From IMG/VR virus record IMGVR_UViG_3300032270_000543, positions 1-64,000 of that record: 64,000 nucleotides of DNA. One strand, written 5' to 3'. The translations under genes and the position numbers were made by a program. The notes beneath the pieces were generated by a model that made no database searches, was not told the DNA's origin, and worked only from the letters and a program-made list of their open reading frames with translations. This stretch comes from a virus (Duplodnaviria > Caudoviricetes). Positions 63,249 to 64,000 of this stretch are shown piece after piece; the stretch's first letter is position 1; each line of letters starts with the position of its first letter.

Positions 63249-63919
63249 TACTTCTGCTCTGCCTTTTTGTAAGCCAGATGGTTGTTGATATTGCCTACGC
63301 TGCCCTCAATCACCTGCTCTATGGCGTTCTGCGAGATGCCTTCTTTTTCGATGGTATCTAATTCATCCGCAGAACACCAATGGCAGCACACAAATCCAAG
63401 TGGTGTAAGTCCGTCCAAACACTTCAGCGGACTGATGCTGAAGTATTCAACGCTATTTATCTCAAGTCCAGAACGGAATGCAGAGGGAGCAAGAGCCGAA
63501 ACACGAAGAATCTTGTTGCTGCTGTCCTCAAGAGTCTTGACCAGTTCCATGTAACGAGTAAGCAGAACATCTTGAGATTCAAGAATCATGCTAGTTACGC
63601 CGCTGTCACATGACTCATGGGTAACCGAGAAACGCTTGATGGAAGTTCCGTCTGCAAAAGAACCACCATTGTGAAATTGAAATACTAGACAGCGGGAAGC
63701 GCGGACGGTGATTCGCAGTTCGGTCAAGAGTTCGTGTATCTGCGAGTGCTTCACAATGAATTTTTGATTTTTCTGATGAGTCCATTTTATGGAACTGCTT
63801 TTCTTCTTCAACGCCCCGAACACACCCACACCTATGCCCATGATGACAGCACCGAGGAGTTCCCCCATGCCGACCGCGTACTCCTTCATGGACGATAGTG
63901 TGTCCTGTGCTTCTATCAT
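63248..63919 (-). CDS. single-TM protein with a GAF-like domain; candidate T-type holin
   Basis: Hydrophobic LLGAVIMGIGVGVFGAL followed by L.ELR....ASR..VFQFHNGG...FSVTHE...ISPL...LGFVCCHW (GAF-like pattern). Confidence 0.5.
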   Translation of the reverse strand: MIEAQDTLSSMKEYAVGMGELLGAVIMGIGVGVFGALKKKSSSIKWTHQKNQKFIVKHSQIHELLTELRITVRASRCLVFQFHNGGSFADGTSIKRFSVTHESCDSGVTSMILESQDVLLTRYMELVKTLEDSSNKILRVSALAPSAFRSGLEINSVEYFSISPLKCLDGLTPLGFVCCHWCSADELDTIEKEGISQNAIEQVIEGSVGNINNHLAYKKAEQK

Positions 63920-63999
63920 GTCAGGTTCCTGGTAGTTTTGGGGTGTTTGCCTTTACAACATTGATAAAGTCTGGCGTTATGACATTTTCTTTTAGGCTA
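63916..63999 (-). CDS. 3' end of a gene truncated by the right window edge
   Basis: Open frame ...SLKENVITPDFINVVKANTPKTTRNLT* with an ATGA overlap into the next gene. Confidence 0.45.
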
Positions 64000-64000
64000 G

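Noticed and set aside
1-64000. tRNA, rRNA, introns, inteins and host assignment
   Set aside because: Intergenic gaps are nearly all under 80 nt and no cloverleaf was seen. Core genes (gp17, gp20, uvsW, gp46) are uninterrupted. No host-diagnostic gene such as a photosynthesis gene is present; strong Shine-Dalgarno use only argues weakly against a Bacteroidota host

Overview
A 64-kb segment of a T4-like (myovirus) phage genome, about 50% GC by eye, with about 68 tightly packed genes all on the minus strand. Read in the direction of transcription (right to left), it contains: a holin-like TM-GAF gene; baseplate genes (gp25, gp6, gp7-like, gp8, VrlC/DUF4815-like); four fibre, spike or lectin proteins; neck, tail, packaging and head genes (gp13-gp23, gp3); uvsY, a dCMP deaminase and uvsW; gp55, gp47, gp46, RNase H, gp45, gp44, gp62 and regA; a 13-gene glycan-biosynthesis block of about 9.6 kb (GT2s, orphan GT-like proteins, a methyltransferase, HAD, nucleotidyltransferase, GDPD-like, DUF3431, Glf, GalE-like and a GT2-TPR); and an accessory block (dUTPase, DUF1599, UvsE, i-type-lysozyme-like, HNH, SpeD-like, DNA methyltransferase). 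The best candidate for an undescribed system is phage-encoded virion glycosylation. The glycan block carries the same CTAAATA-type late-promoter motif as the structural genes, it ends in a GT2-TPR of the protein O/S-glycosyltransferase type, and most outer virion proteins are dense in G-x-[T/S/C] motifs that could be the acceptor sequon. This is inference from motifs read by eye. No database search was run, and the host cannot be determined from this window.
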